Assembly: GCA_050261575.1 (NCBI GenBank)
Contig: JBLNDL010000057.1
Coordinates: 1 to 64,000, forward strand
From: Sphingomonadaceae bacterium
GTDB lineage: Bacteria > Chloroflexota > UBA6077
Length of the DNA stretch: 64,000 bases
Reading direction: 5' to 3'
The notes under the pieces were generated by a model. The model saw only the letters and a program-made list of their open reading frames with translations, did no database searches and was not told where the DNA came from. Position numbers and translations under genes: made by a program. This document shows positions 46,422 through 56,491 of this stretch, in pieces (position 1 is the first letter of the stretch; each line of letters begins with the position of its first letter).

Positions 46422-47270
46422 CTAGTTGGTGGCCAGCTTCGCCTCGGAGGAGAGCCCCTCTCGCTCTCCGGCCATAAGGGCGTACACCTCGTCGGTCAAC
46501 TCTGCCCTGCCCTCCACGTGGTGCAGCTTGCCGATCACGACCTTGCCAGCCAGCTCCTCGGCCGCCATCTTCTCCGCCTTCGCCTTCGACACGACCATGT
46601 TCTTGATATGGTTGAAGCACTCCACCGGATCGGAGCTGCCGTAGATCATCCGCCCCGACTGGGTGGGACACTGGGAGAGGATCTCCACGAAGGCGAAGCC
46701 CTTGTGGTTGATCGCCTCCTTGAACGCGTTGGCCATCTGTCGAGGGTGCGCCGTGGTCCATCGGGCAACGTAGGTCGCGCCAGCCGCCCTGGCCACCTCG
46801 CAGGCGTCGAACGGAAACTCGGCATTGCCCACGGGGGTCGTCTTCGTGATGCCGTGGTGGGGTGTGGTCGGGGCCGTCTGGCCCCCCGTCATCCCGTAGA
46901 TGGCGTTGTTCACCATCACCACAGTGATGTCCACGTTCCGGCGTGCCGCGTGGATCAGGTGGTTTCCACCGATCCCCATGCAGTCCCCGTCCCCCGCGAA
47001 CACCATCACTTTCCGCCTTGGATCGGTGAGCTTGAGCGCGGTGGCGATGGGGATCGCCCGACCGTGCATGGTGTGCATCACGTCGGCGTCGACGAAGACG
47101 GGGATCCAGGCACAGCAGCCGATCCCGCTCGCGAAGGCGACCTCATCGATGATTCCCAACTCATCTATCGCCCGCATGAGAGCGGAGAGGATAGTCCCAT
47201 CGCCGCAGCCCTGGCAGAAGAACAGGGGCAGGGCGCTCTTTCGTAGATACTTCTCAGCTATGGGATGCAT
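46422..47270 (-). CDS. 2-oxoacid:ferredoxin oxidoreductase beta subunit (copy 2)
   Basis: FCQGCG, SGIGC, GDGD..IGGNH, YGMTGGQ. Confidence 0.93.
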   Translation of the reverse strand: MHPIAEKYLRKSALPLFFCQGCGDGTILSALMRAIDELGIIDEVAFASGIGCCAWIPVFVDADVMHTMHGRAIPIATALKLTDPRRKVMVFAGDGDCMGIGGNHLIHAARRNVDITVVMVNNAIYGMTGGQTAPTTPHHGITKTTPVGNAEFPFDACEVARAAGATYVARWTTAHPRQMANAFKEAINHKGFAFVEILSQCPTQSGRMIYGSSDPVECFNHIKNMVVSKAKAEKMAAEELAGKVVIGKLHHVEGRAELTDEVYALMAGEREGLSSEAKLATN

Positions 47271-48405
47271 GGACGTACCCCCCTTCGATGGCAGCCAGGA
47301 TCTCCTTCGGCGTGTGGAGCACCCCGCCCAGCTTCGGGACCGCGACCACCTCCGCCCGGCCGTGGGCGGCGCGCTCCACCTCACGCACAATCCTCCCCAC
47401 GTTCATCTCAGGCACCAGGATCCTCTCGGCCCTCGACGCGACCTCGGCGATCAGCCCGTCGGGGAAAGGCCACACGATTCGCATCTTCAGCAGCCCCGCC
47501 TTGATGCCCGCCTCCCTGGCCTGGCGCACCGCCTGCATCGCCGGCCTCACCGGGCTGCCGTACGCCGCCACCACCACCTCGGCATCGTCGAGGTAGCGAC
47601 AATCCACATCGAGGAGATCCCCGCCGTGGTTCAGCACCTTGTCACACAGCCGCCGGGTCAGCCTGGCACTCACCTCCGGCACCGTGCCCGCCCGGTTGCC
47701 CCAATCATCGTGGAGTTGCCCCTCCACCAGCAGCTTGTAGCCCTGGTTGAAGGCAGGCATGCCATCCAGCCGAAGGCCGTCTGGCCCCGGCCTGTAGGGA
47801 ACGTACTCGCCGGGGGGCAGTCCCGGCTTCCGCCGCTCCAACACTTCCAGCCTCTCCGGGAAGCGCACCTTCTCCCGAGTGTGACCGACCACCTCGTCGC
47901 TCATGACGAACACCGGGACCCGGTACTTCTCGGCCATGTTGAACGCCTTCACGGTCAGGTCGAAGGCCTCCTGGGCAGAGGAGGGGGCGTAGGCGATCAC
48001 CTCGTAGTCGCCGTGGGCACCGTACTTGGCCTGGTAGATGTCCTGTTGGGCCGGGGAGGTCGGCATCCCCGTCGACGGGCCGCCTCGCTGCACGTTGATG
48101 ATGACACACGGGGTCTCCGTCGAGACCGCGTAGCTGATGCCTTCCTGCATCAAACTGAAGCCCGGCCCCGATGTGGCCGTGCATGCCTTCACCCCTCCCC
48201 ACGCCGCGCCGATCACCGCGCAAATGGAGGCGATCTCGTCCTCCATCTGCATGAAGACTCCGCCGTTCTTGGGAAGCATGTCGGCCATCAACTCCGCTAC
48301 TTCGGAGGCAGGGGTGATGGGGTATCCAGCAAAAAACCTGCATCCGGCGGCTATCGCGCCCCGGACACAGGCCTCGTTCCCCTGGATAACCAGTACCTGT
48401 TCCAT
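47254..48405 (-). CDS. 2-oxoacid:ferredoxin oxidoreductase alpha subunit (copy 2)
   Basis: GYPITPASE, QMEDE, TATSGPG, QRGGPSTG. Confidence 0.93.
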   Translation of the reverse strand: MEQVLVIQGNEACVRGAIAAGCRFFAGYPITPASEVAELMADMLPKNGGVFMQMEDEIASICAVIGAAWGGVKACTATSGPGFSLMQEGISYAVSTETPCVIINVQRGGPSTGMPTSPAQQDIYQAKYGAHGDYEVIAYAPSSAQEAFDLTVKAFNMAEKYRVPVFVMSDEVVGHTREKVRFPERLEVLERRKPGLPPGEYVPYRPGPDGLRLDGMPAFNQGYKLLVEGQLHDDWGNRAGTVPEVSARLTRRLCDKVLNHGGDLLDVDCRYLDDAEVVVAAYGSPVRPAMQAVRQAREAGIKAGLLKMRIVWPFPDGLIAEVASRAERILVPEMNVGRIVREVERAAHGRAEVVAVPKLGGVLHTPKEILAAIEGGYVHASHS

Positions 48406-48699
48406 GAGGGGTGTCTCCTTCCTTCCTTGGCTAAGGCGGTCACCAGTCGTCGGCGGCCCGGTGACGGCGGCATTCTAGCACGATCTGCTTTGACGATACA
48501 GCCACGGTTTGGGCAGCCTGATGGCAACGACGACGCACCGGCCCAACCCATCGCTGCCGTCGAGCCGAACCCGGCGGCCAAGGAGACAGTGGCGTCCAGG
48601 GTGCCCGCCAGCGCCAGGCCCAGCTCGACGGTCCGCTTCCAGCCTATCCGATCGGCCGGATAGCCGCCTGCAATTGCAGCAGGGCGTGGGAACGGATGG

Positions 48700-49665
48700 C
48701 TACTTCCAGACTTCCCTGTTCATCAGGTACTTGGGGCGCTCGCCCCGTAGCACCGCCAGGATGTCGGCCGCCGCGTGGGTAGCCATCCTCTCCATCGACT
48801 CATCCGTCCCGCCACCGATGTGGGGAGCGAGGATCACGTTCTCCATCTTCAGAAGCGGGTTGTCCGCTGCTGGCGGCTCATCCTCGAACACGTCCAGGCC
48901 GGCACCCGCGATCTCCCCCGACTGCAGCGCTGCGATCAGGGCGGCCTCGTCCACCACCGGGCCTCGGGCGGCATTGATCAGGAAGGCGGTCTTCTTCATC
49001 AGGCCGAACTGCTTCGTGCTCACGATCCCCCTCGTCGCCGGCGTGAGCGGGGAATGAATGGAGACGAAGTCGGCGATGGGCATCAACTCGTCGACGGTCT
49101 CGACCTTGGTGATACCCCTGGCGGCCATCGCCTCGGCCGAGACGTACGGATCGTAGGCATAGACCTTCATGTCGAAGGCCGCCTGGCACATCTGGGCAAG
49201 GCGAGAGCCGATTCGCCCGGTGCCGACGATAGAGAGGGTCTTCCCCAGCAACTCACTGCCGGTGAACCGCTCCTTGCCCTTCCAGTTTCCGCCCTGCCGC
49301 ACGAATGCATCGCACCCCAGCAGCTTCCGGGACAACGCCAGCATCATCGCGAAGGCCAGGCTAGCCACCCCCTCACTGTTCGCCTCAGGGGTATTGCAGA
49401 CCGCTATACCGCGCTCGGTTGCAGCCGGGATGTCGATGTTGTCGGTTCCCACGCCGTGCTTGCCGATGACTTTGAGCCTGGTCGCGGCAGCGATGACCTC
49501 CCGATTGACGGGCGCCACCCGCACGAGCACCCCATCCACATCGGCGATCGCTTCCTTCATCCCCGCGACCGAGATGTCCGAAGGCCGAACAACCTCGACC
49601 TCCTGCTCCAGCATCTCGACGCCAGAGGGGTGGATGTACTCGGTAACCAGCACCTTCTTCGCCAC
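48700..49665 (-). CDS. D-isomer-specific 2-hydroxyacid dehydrogenase (SerA-like, no ACT domain)
   Basis: GVGTDNID, GTGRIG, INAARG, LDVFEDEP, PHIGG. Confidence 0.92.
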   Translation of the reverse strand: MAKKVLVTEYIHPSGVEMLEQEVEVVRPSDISVAGMKEAIADVDGVLVRVAPVNREVIAAATRLKVIGKHGVGTDNIDIPAATERGIAVCNTPEANSEGVASLAFAMMLALSRKLLGCDAFVRQGGNWKGKERFTGSELLGKTLSIVGTGRIGSRLAQMCQAAFDMKVYAYDPYVSAEAMAARGITKVETVDELMPIADFVSIHSPLTPATRGIVSTKQFGLMKKTAFLINAARGPVVDEAALIAALQSGEIAGAGLDVFEDEPPAADNPLLKMENVILAPHIGGGTDESMERMATHAAADILAVLRGERPKYLMNREVWK

Positions 49666-50102
49666 GCTGCTTACTCCTTATCGTGCCTCTTTGATTGGCC
49701 CTCTCCCAAACCGATCCACCGGTCCACCCAAGCAGGCATCCCTGGACAGAGTGGTCGGCACGAACCAGAGATACCTGCTTGGTGCATCGTTCCGCAGCAT
49801 CACGCCCGCCTTACGCCGCCGGGCTCGCGGAACGGCGCACTCTTGGCCCGCGCCAAACACCCAGCGTACGATCGGCAGATGCGCTCGGACGCAGCCCCAC
49901 ACCTTCCAGAGGCATCCTCACGGGCGATCCGCCGTTGCTGGGTATCTACAGGATTCCTTCAGGAGCAGTTGACCTGCCTGGGACCTGGATTGGAGTCGTG
50001 CCAATCGAGCCGAACCGTTGGTTGGGAGTCGAACCTCGGCCGATTATACCTCTAAGGGGCAGGCAGAAGCACGTTGAGGGGGAGACCGGGGGGAGCAGGC
50101 GT

Positions 50103-50768
50103 CTACCCCGCCGCCTCTTCGCCTCCCTCGGAGACGATGTACCTGTCGGTCACGGGCAGCGGAAGCTCCATCACCTGCTGGTTGGTCAAGCTCAACTGGA
50201 TGTGGTCGGGGCGGATAGCCGAGATGAACTCGACGGGGATCTCCGTGTCCCTCGGGAGCATCGCACCCTTCCTCACCACGATGGAGGTGACCCTATCCGA
50301 AAGGGGATCGGTACGAACCTCGTCCACCACCCCGATCGATCCGTCAACGGTGCGTACCTCCATCCCCTCGGCTATGTCCACCTCCAGGGGCGCCGCCTGC
50401 CGCTCCTCCTCAACCGACTCGTACCTGCCTGGCATTCCCGGTACACCTTGAGGCGGGACCAGAGGAAACAGGATAGAGCCGGCAGGATAGGAGAGTGTGG
50501 CCTCTTCCTCGTGGGGTCTGACGTAGTGCTTATCCACGAAATCCGGCAAGTCCTGGAGGTAGTCCCTGCCCAGGCGCAACTGCACCTCTCGGTTGTCGGC
50601 ATACTGCACCAAGGAGATCGGCACCACCACGTCTCGGTTCAGGATCAGTCCCTTGTGAACCACCAGGGCGGTAACGTCCCGCGTGGTAGGGTCCAGGATG
50701 ATCCTCTCCACCTTGCCGATCTCGTCGCCTTCCAGGGTCCTCACCGTCGTGCCGATGTCGATCCTCAT
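50103..50768 (-). CDS. PRC-barrel domain protein
   Basis: Two PRC-like repeats (GTTVRT..IGKV; GMEVRT..IGVV). Confidence 0.8.
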   Translation of the reverse strand: MRIDIGTTVRTLEGDEIGKVERIILDPTTRDVTALVVHKGLILNRDVVVPISLVQYADNREVQLRLGRDYLQDLPDFVDKHYVRPHEEEATLSYPAGSILFPLVPPQGVPGMPGRYESVEEERQAAPLEVDIAEGMEVRTVDGSIGVVDEVRTDPLSDRVTSIVVRKGAMLPRDTEIPVEFISAIRPDHIQLSLTNQQVMELPLPVTDRYIVSEGGEEAAG

Positions 50769-50986
50769 CTGCGCCTCCCGCCGAAAAGGATGTGGACCGG
50801 AGGAGGCAATGTCCATACCATGGCTCGTGGCGGCACGGCACCATCGAATGGCATAGAACCTGCACCCCTTCCAGCGGCAGGCTTCTTGCATCGCCGGTGG
50901 TCAGTCCTGCGGAGGGCAGGCAAACGAGGCAGAGCAATCCGCTGTAACCGGAACCCCGCGGCGGACCCGCCTGGGAGACGAACCCG

Positions 50987-51388
50987 ATGAGGGAGACCGC
51001 CCCCAGCATAACCGATCTGGAGATCAACCCCGACGCTGCAGCCGTGCTGTTGCCCCATCTGGACACCTTCGTCAAGTGGGAGCTGCTGCGCTTCCTGCAC
51101 GACAACCCTGGCGCGACGGCCACCGTGGGAGAGTTGGCCCGCTACATCGGCAGGGACGAGACGGAGGTCAAGCCCGCGGCCAGGGCCCTCGCCCTGGCCG
51201 GGATCGCTCGCCAGATGGATCTGGGGCAGGAATACGCCTACTCCCTCGCGGCAGACCTGGAGATGCGGCAACTCATCGGCCATCTGATCCAGAAGCTCAT
51301 GGCCGATCCCCTCGCGCGGCTAGCCCTCTCAGCGCACATCCTAAAGGGGCAGCGCGCCGCGGGAAGACTGCAGTTGGCCACACGCTGA
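50987..51388 (+). CDS. Winged-helix-like hypothetical protein
   Basis: TFVKWELLRF..TVGELARYIGR. Confidence 0.65.
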   Translation: MRETAPSITDLEINPDAAAVLLPHLDTFVKWELLRFLHDNPGATATVGELARYIGRDETEVKPAARALALAGIARQMDLGQEYAYSLAADLEMRQLIGHLIQKLMADPLARLALSAHILKGQRAAGRLQLATR

Positions 51389-51505
51389 CACGAGGAGGCT
51401 CCTCGGAAGGCGCAGGGGACGGGACCACTAAGACGCAAAGACGCAGAGGATCACCGAGTGGTCTTCGCGATTCTCTTTGCCTCGGTGCCTTCGTGGTTGC
51501 ATGGC

Positions 51506-52180
51506 TTACTCTTCGGGGTCGACGTGGTAGCCATCCTCCGGGTCCGCCTCGTGGGGATCGTGGGACTCACCCCACAGACGACGCGCCGTCGAGGCCGCGA
51601 TCTCGTATCCGAACCCTCGGCGCAGGAGGTGATCCCCAATCCGCTGCCGAAACTCCCGCCACTCCAGCCCCTTCAACGAGCGAGCCTTCTGCCGGCCCAC
51701 CCGGTAGGCCGCCGCCTCCTCATCCTCGGGTCCTGGCAGCACGACCTCGATGATCTCGCGGTCTACCCCCTTGGCGCGGAGCTCGGCCTGGAGCAGACGG
51801 CTGCCCCGCGGCCGATAGCTCTGGCGATTCTCCACCCAGAACTGCGCGAACTCACGGTCGTCCACTACTCCCGAGCGGCGCAGCTTCTCCAGAGCCTCCT
51901 CCACCAAATGCGGATCGAAGGAGCGGCGGAGCAGGCGGCTCCGCAATTCGGCTACGCTACGCGGCCGGTAGGTCAGGAGGGTGAGAGCGGCGTCGTAGAC
52001 GCGGTGTAGGTCGTCCTGGCGTTGCAGGTCGAGGATCTCGGCATCGGAGAGGTAGGACCCCACGGAGAGCCTTGCGGCCAGCTCCTCGTCGAGGGCGAAG
52101 GCGAATTGGCCATCCAGGAAGATATTGAGGCGCCGGCTCCCCGCCTTCTTCTGAGGTTCGATTGAGGTAATCCGCTTCAC
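51506..52180 (-). CDS. recX: Regulatory protein RecX
   Basis: RPRSVAELR..DDREFA..ELRAKGV..LLRRGF; downstream of recA. Confidence 0.93.
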   Translation of the reverse strand: MKRITSIEPQKKAGSRRLNIFLDGQFAFALDEELAARLSVGSYLSDAEILDLQRQDDLHRVYDAALTLLTYRPRSVAELRSRLLRRSFDPHLVEEALEKLRRSGVVDDREFAQFWVENRQSYRPRGSRLLQAELRAKGVDREIIEVVLPGPEDEEAAAYRVGRQKARSLKGLEWREFRQRIGDHLLRRGFGYEIAASTARRLWGESHDPHEADPEDGYHVDPEE

Positions 52181-52408
52181 GGTGAGCCCTGCGCACTTCT
52201 CACATCAGAGGCCGAGGCCCATACTTCCCGCCGCATGCGCCAGCGGGATTCCTCTCCCGCTGTGAGCACTGGCCCTCGCGCCGCAACACGAGCGAGCGCA
52301 ACGTTGCGCCTCTCCCCGAGGGGGGAGTACGGCAAGCGTGCCCCCCCCCTGCCAGAAAGAGAGGAAACCACGCCCTTGGAATGGCGGAACAGGTCTTCTG
52401 GAAGAGGC

Positions 52409-53464
52409 CTACTCCTCGATCTCGCCGTCGGCGCCGACGGTGGCAGTCGTCGGGATCGCCGGCCCCTTTCCAGTCGACACCGACTGCCGGATCTGCCGCT
52501 CGATCTCAGCCGCGACGTCAGGATTCTTCCGGAGGAACTCCTTGGCGTTCTCCCTCCCCTGGCCGATCCTGGCCTCGCCGAAGGAGAAGAAGGCCCCGCT
52601 CTTCCGGACGATCCCCAACTCCGTCCCCACGTCAAGCAGGCCGCCCTCCTTCGAGATCCCCTCGTTGTACATTATGTCGAACTCAGCCACGCGGAACGGC
52701 GGGGCAACCTTGTTCTTCACCACCTTGACCCTCGTGCGGTTGCCCACCACCTCCGTGCCCTGCTTGATGGAGTCGATCCGGCGGATGTCCATCCGGATGG
52801 AGGCGTAGAACTTGAGGGCGCGGCCGCCTGGGGTGGTCTCGGGGTTGCCGAACATGACCCCGACCTTCTCCCGCAACTGGTTGGTGAACACCACGGACGT
52901 CTTGGATCGGCTGATCGCACCCGTAAGCTTCCGGAGGGCCTGGGACATCAGTCGCGCCTGCAGACCCACGTGGGAGTCGCCCATCTCCCCCTCGAGCTCC
53001 GCCCTGGGCACCAGCGCCGCCACCGAGTCGATGGCCACCACGTCCACGGCCCCGCTGCGGACCAGCGCCTCCGCGATCTCCAGAGCCTGCTCGCCTGTGT
53101 CGGGCTGCGAGACCAAGAGGTCGTCGATGTTGACGCCGCAGTGCTGAGCGTAGGCGGGATCCAGCGCGTGCTCGGCATCGACCAGGGCGGCCACCCCGCC
53201 CGCCCTCTGGGCCTCGGCCATGATGTGCTGCACCAGGGTCGTCTTGCCCGAGGACTCGGGACCGTAGATCTCGACCACGCGGCCCCGTGGTATCCCCCCA
53301 ACGCCGAGCGCGATGTCCAGTGCGATCGACCCCGTGGGGATCACCTCGACATTCAGCCGGCCGGAGGCCTCTCCGAGCTTCATGATAGATCCCTTGCCGA
53401 ACGATCGCTCGATCTGGCCGATGGCGAGCTCCAGCGCCTTCTCCTTCTCCTTGTCCACGACCAT
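52409..53464 (-). CDS. recA: Recombinase RecA
   Basis: [38 protein letters not shown]. Confidence 0.99.
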   Translation of the reverse strand: MVVDKEKEKALELAIGQIERSFGKGSIMKLGEASGRLNVEVIPTGSIALDIALGVGGIPRGRVVEIYGPESSGKTTLVQHIMAEAQRAGGVAALVDAEHALDPAYAQHCGVNIDDLLVSQPDTGEQALEIAEALVRSGAVDVVAIDSVAALVPRAELEGEMGDSHVGLQARLMSQALRKLTGAISRSKTSVVFTNQLREKVGVMFGNPETTPGGRALKFYASIRMDIRRIDSIKQGTEVVGNRTRVKVVKNKVAPPFRVAEFDIMYNEGISKEGGLLDVGTELGIVRKSGAFFSFGEARIGQGRENAKEFLRKNPDVAAEIERQIRQSVSTGKGPAIPTTATVGADGEIEE

Positions 53465-53522
53465 CTGCTCCTCCCGAATTTGCTTACTCCGGCGCCAAAC
53501 CCGAACCTCTTCAGCAGGGTCT

Positions 53523-53540
53523 ATTATAGCACAAATGTTC
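53523..53540 (-). promoter_or_regulatory. LexA/SOS box GAAC-ATTT-GTGC abutting the recA -10 TATAAT
   Basis: Minus strand CGAACATTTGTGCTATAAT; one mismatch to GAAC-N4-GTTC. Confidence 0.7.
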
Positions 53541-53556
53541 GACCAGCCTTCGGCCC

Positions 53557-54084
53557 CTACCTCTCCAGCAACTCCAACAGCAGCTCCAGCGCGGCCTGCA
53601 CCGAGTGCCTCTTGTTCGCGATCCGATCGCCGCTCCGGAGGTAACGCCGCACCTCCTGCCCCTCCGGCCCTGCCACGGCGATGTACACCAACCCCACGGG
53701 CTTCTCGGCGCTGCCCCCACCCGGGCCCGCTATCCCCGTGATGCCCACCGCCACATCCGCACCCAAGAGCCGCCGGACGCCCTCCGCCATCTGGAGCGCC
53801 ACCGGCTGGCTAACCGCTCCCTGGGTGGCAAGCACGGCAGAGTCCACCCCCAGCAGCCGCTCCTTCACCTCGTTGGAGTAGGCCACCACGCCGCCCAGGA
53901 AGTAGGCCGAGCTACCGGCCACGTCGGTGATGGCGTCGGCCACGCCCCCGCCCGTACACGACTCGGCAGTCGCCACGCTCAGCCCGCGCACCCTCAGCCG
54001 TCTGCCCAGTTCCTCGGCCAATTCGGCGATCCTGCCGGCTGCCTGTTCTGACTTCTGCATTCTGGATACTGGCTTCTCAGCCAT
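53557..54084 (-). CDS. CinA C-terminal / PncC NMN deamidase
   Basis: [33 protein letters not shown]. Confidence 0.9.
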   Translation of the reverse strand: MAEKPVSRMQKSEQAAGRIAELAEELGRRLRVRGLSVATAESCTGGGVADAITDVAGSSAYFLGGVVAYSNEVKERLLGVDSAVLATQGAVSQPVALQMAEGVRRLLGADVAVGITGIAGPGGGSAEKPVGLVYIAVAGPEGQEVRRYLRSGDRIANKRHSVQAALELLLELLER

Positions 54085-54164
54085 CAGTCGCGTCCTGTGT
54101 GCTACGTGCTGAGTGCTGCGAACGCCGTACCGATCACTCAGCCCTCAGTCCTCACCGCGCGTCC

Positions 54165-55511
54165 TCAGCCCCCGCGTCCGCGCGTCCCGACCAGTTCGCC
54201 GACCAGGTCGTACTCCAGCGCCCTGGTGACTCTCACCTTCACCATCTCGCCCATCTGCGCCGTACCGGAGAAGAACACCAGTCCGTCCACCTCGGGCGCG
54301 TCCCGGTAGCTGCGCCCCACGATCGTGCGGGCGCGACGTCGCGGCCCAGCCTCCGCGCCCTCCACCAGCACGTCCAGCGTCCGCCCCACCATCCGGCGGT
54401 TCCGCTTTAGGGACACACGCTGAGCCACCTCCATCGCCTCCCGCCACCTGCGCTGCCTGGTGGGCTCGTCCACCTGGTCGGGCATCGACGCGGCCACCGT
54501 GCCGTCCTGGGGCGAGTAGGCGAACACCCCGACACGGTCGAACTCGAGATCCTCGATAGAGCGCAGAAGGTGAGCGTGCTCCGACTCGGTCTCCCCCGGA
54601 AAGCCCACGATGAAGGTGGTGCGGATGGCAACCTCGGGTACCCTCTCCCGAATGGTCTCGATCAACTGCCTCACCTCGCCGTGAGGCCTCCGCATCCTTC
54701 GCAGCATCGTCGGATCTGTATGCTGCAGCGGGATATCCACGTACTTGCATAGCTGCGGCAGTTCAGCCACGGCCCGCAGCAGGCCGGGGGTGATCCTCTG
54801 GGGGTAGAGGTACAGCAGGCGGACCCAGGATAGCGCCGGCACGTCCTCGGCGATCCGATTGAGCAGTCCCTCCAGCCCGTCCCTGTAGCCCAGATCCAGG
54901 CCGTAGGCGGTGGTGTCCTGACCCACCAGCACCACCTCGCGGACGCCGCCCTCCACAAGCTGACGCACCTCGGCTATCACCTGCTCCACCGGCTTGCTCT
55001 TGTGCCGCCCCTTGATGGCGGGGATCGCGCAGAAGGCGCAGCCCGCATCACAGCCATCGGAGATCTTCACGTATGCACTGCCCGAACGCGGCTTCCTCCG
55101 TACCGATCCCAAGCGCAGCCGGTCATCCAGCAGCACGGGCGCAGGCGCGCCCCGCTCCCGTGGGCGACTGGAGACCTCCTCCACCAGCCGGGCTATGTCC
55201 GGCCAGTTGCGGCATCCGATGACGGCATCCAGCCCCGACACCAGCCGGGAGAGCCCCTCTCCCTCCCGCTGAGCCAGACAGCCCGCCGCCACCAGAAGAC
55301 TGCCCCGCTTCCTGCCAGCCGACACCCTATTCAGGGTCTCCACCGATTCCGTCTTGGCGGCATCGATGAACCCGCAGGTATTGACGATCACCAAATCGGC
55401 CTCAGAAAGCTCGGCGACCGGGCTATGCCCGGCCTCCGTCAGCAGCACCTCCATGCCCTCGGAGTCCACATCGTTCTTTGGACAGCCGAGGGTCACTATG
55501 TGGAACCTCAT
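54165..55511 (-). CDS. rimO: Ribosomal protein S12 methylthiotransferase
   Basis: LGCPKN.VDSE, NTCGFI, CDAGCAFC, DAPEVDG. Confidence 0.95.
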   Translation of the reverse strand: MRFHIVTLGCPKNDVDSEGMEVLLTEAGHSPVAELSEADLVIVNTCGFIDAAKTESVETLNRVSAGRKRGSLLVAAGCLAQREGEGLSRLVSGLDAVIGCRNWPDIARLVEEVSSRPRERGAPAPVLLDDRLRLGSVRRKPRSGSAYVKISDGCDAGCAFCAIPAIKGRHKSKPVEQVIAEVRQLVEGGVREVVLVGQDTTAYGLDLGYRDGLEGLLNRIAEDVPALSWVRLLYLYPQRITPGLLRAVAELPQLCKYVDIPLQHTDPTMLRRMRRPHGEVRQLIETIRERVPEVAIRTTFIVGFPGETESEHAHLLRSIEDLEFDRVGVFAYSPQDGTVAASMPDQVDEPTRQRRWREAMEVAQRVSLKRNRRMVGRTLDVLVEGAEAGPRRRARTIVGRSYRDAPEVDGLVFFSGTAQMGEMVKVRVTRALEYDLVGELVGTRGRGG

Positions 55512-55518
55512 GATTCGC

Positions 55519-56268
55519 CTATTGCCTTCCCCAGGTTACGTTCTTCACCTCGCCACTAGCACCCAGCTTCCCCTGCCGCATGCCGTTCACAGTCACCTCG
55601 ACCCCGCCTGCGTTACCCACCCGCATGTCGATGCGGTCGTTGGCCTTCCAGGTTCGAGTATCTCCCGGATACAGCTCACCCTCGAAGACCGGCGTGCTCT
55701 GCCCGTCCGCGATCACCCGCATCCAGCTCCGATCGGTGATGCGCACCGTCACCTCTACCCCTCGAACGGGAGTGGGGCTGGGAGTAGGCCGCACCGTGGG
55801 CGTGGGGCTGGGAGCGATCACCGCCGGGGCGGAGGTCGGCGTCCCGAGGGCAGACGGCTTCGACCCCCCATCGAACGGGCCGCTTGGTGCGACGAAGGTA
55901 GCGTACTGCCAGTACAGGAATCCTATCGCGGCGACCCCGAGCACCGCCAGTAGGAACACCACGACGGTCCGCAGCGAGATGCCGGCTGACGCCGGAATGC
56001 CGCTCGCGGCAGGACGTATCTCGGGTGCGACCTGCACCGACTGGGGAGGCAGGAACAGCTTGTCGATGAAGGCAGGATCGATTCCCAGGTATTCGGCATA
56101 GTTTTGCAGGAAGCCCCGAGCATACACCGGCGCCGGAAGCTCCGAGTAGTCGTCCGCCTCCAGCGCAATCAGATACTTCTTCCGGATCTTGGTGTATTCC
56201 TCGACTTCCTCCAGCGAGACCCCGAGCCGATGCCTGGCCTCGCGAAGCACCTCACCCATGGTCGGCAT
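55519..56268 (-). CDS. rodZ: RodZ-like HTH-TM-DUF4115 protein
   Basis: GEVLREAR..YARGFLQNYA; TM helix; GNAGGV..NG. Confidence 0.85.
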   Translation of the reverse strand: MPTMGEVLREARHRLGVSLEEVEEYTKIRKKYLIALEADDYSELPAPVYARGFLQNYAEYLGIDPAFIDKLFLPPQSVQVAPEIRPAASGIPASAGISLRTVVVFLLAVLGVAAIGFLYWQYATFVAPSGPFDGGSKPSALGTPTSAPAVIAPSPTPTVRPTPSPTPVRGVEVTVRITDRSWMRVIADGQSTPVFEGELYPGDTRTWKANDRIDMRVGNAGGVEVTVNGMRQGKLGASGEVKNVTWGRQ

Positions 56269-56491
56269 TGGTCGCTTCTCCCCCCGGAGAGTCCGCACCA
56301 CCGCGGAAACCCCCGAAAAGCTGACGAGACTGACGCCTTCTGCCCCAGCATGCCACTATAGATGTCACCCTAAGCAGTGTCAAGGAGGCCAAAAGGCCCA
56401 TTTGACGCCGCTCACCAGCCGCGCGATAATCAGGATCACCCCCTGGCGAGCTTTCGCAAACTATGCCCGCATTGGAGTCCAGCAAGCCGTT

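Noticed and set aside
46900..50055. 587-aa and 426-aa plus-strand ORFs
   Set aside because: Antisense shadows of OFOR and dehydrogenase genes
52235..53644. 469-aa ORF antisense to recA
   Set aside because: GC-rich antisense shadow of a conserved gene; no motifs
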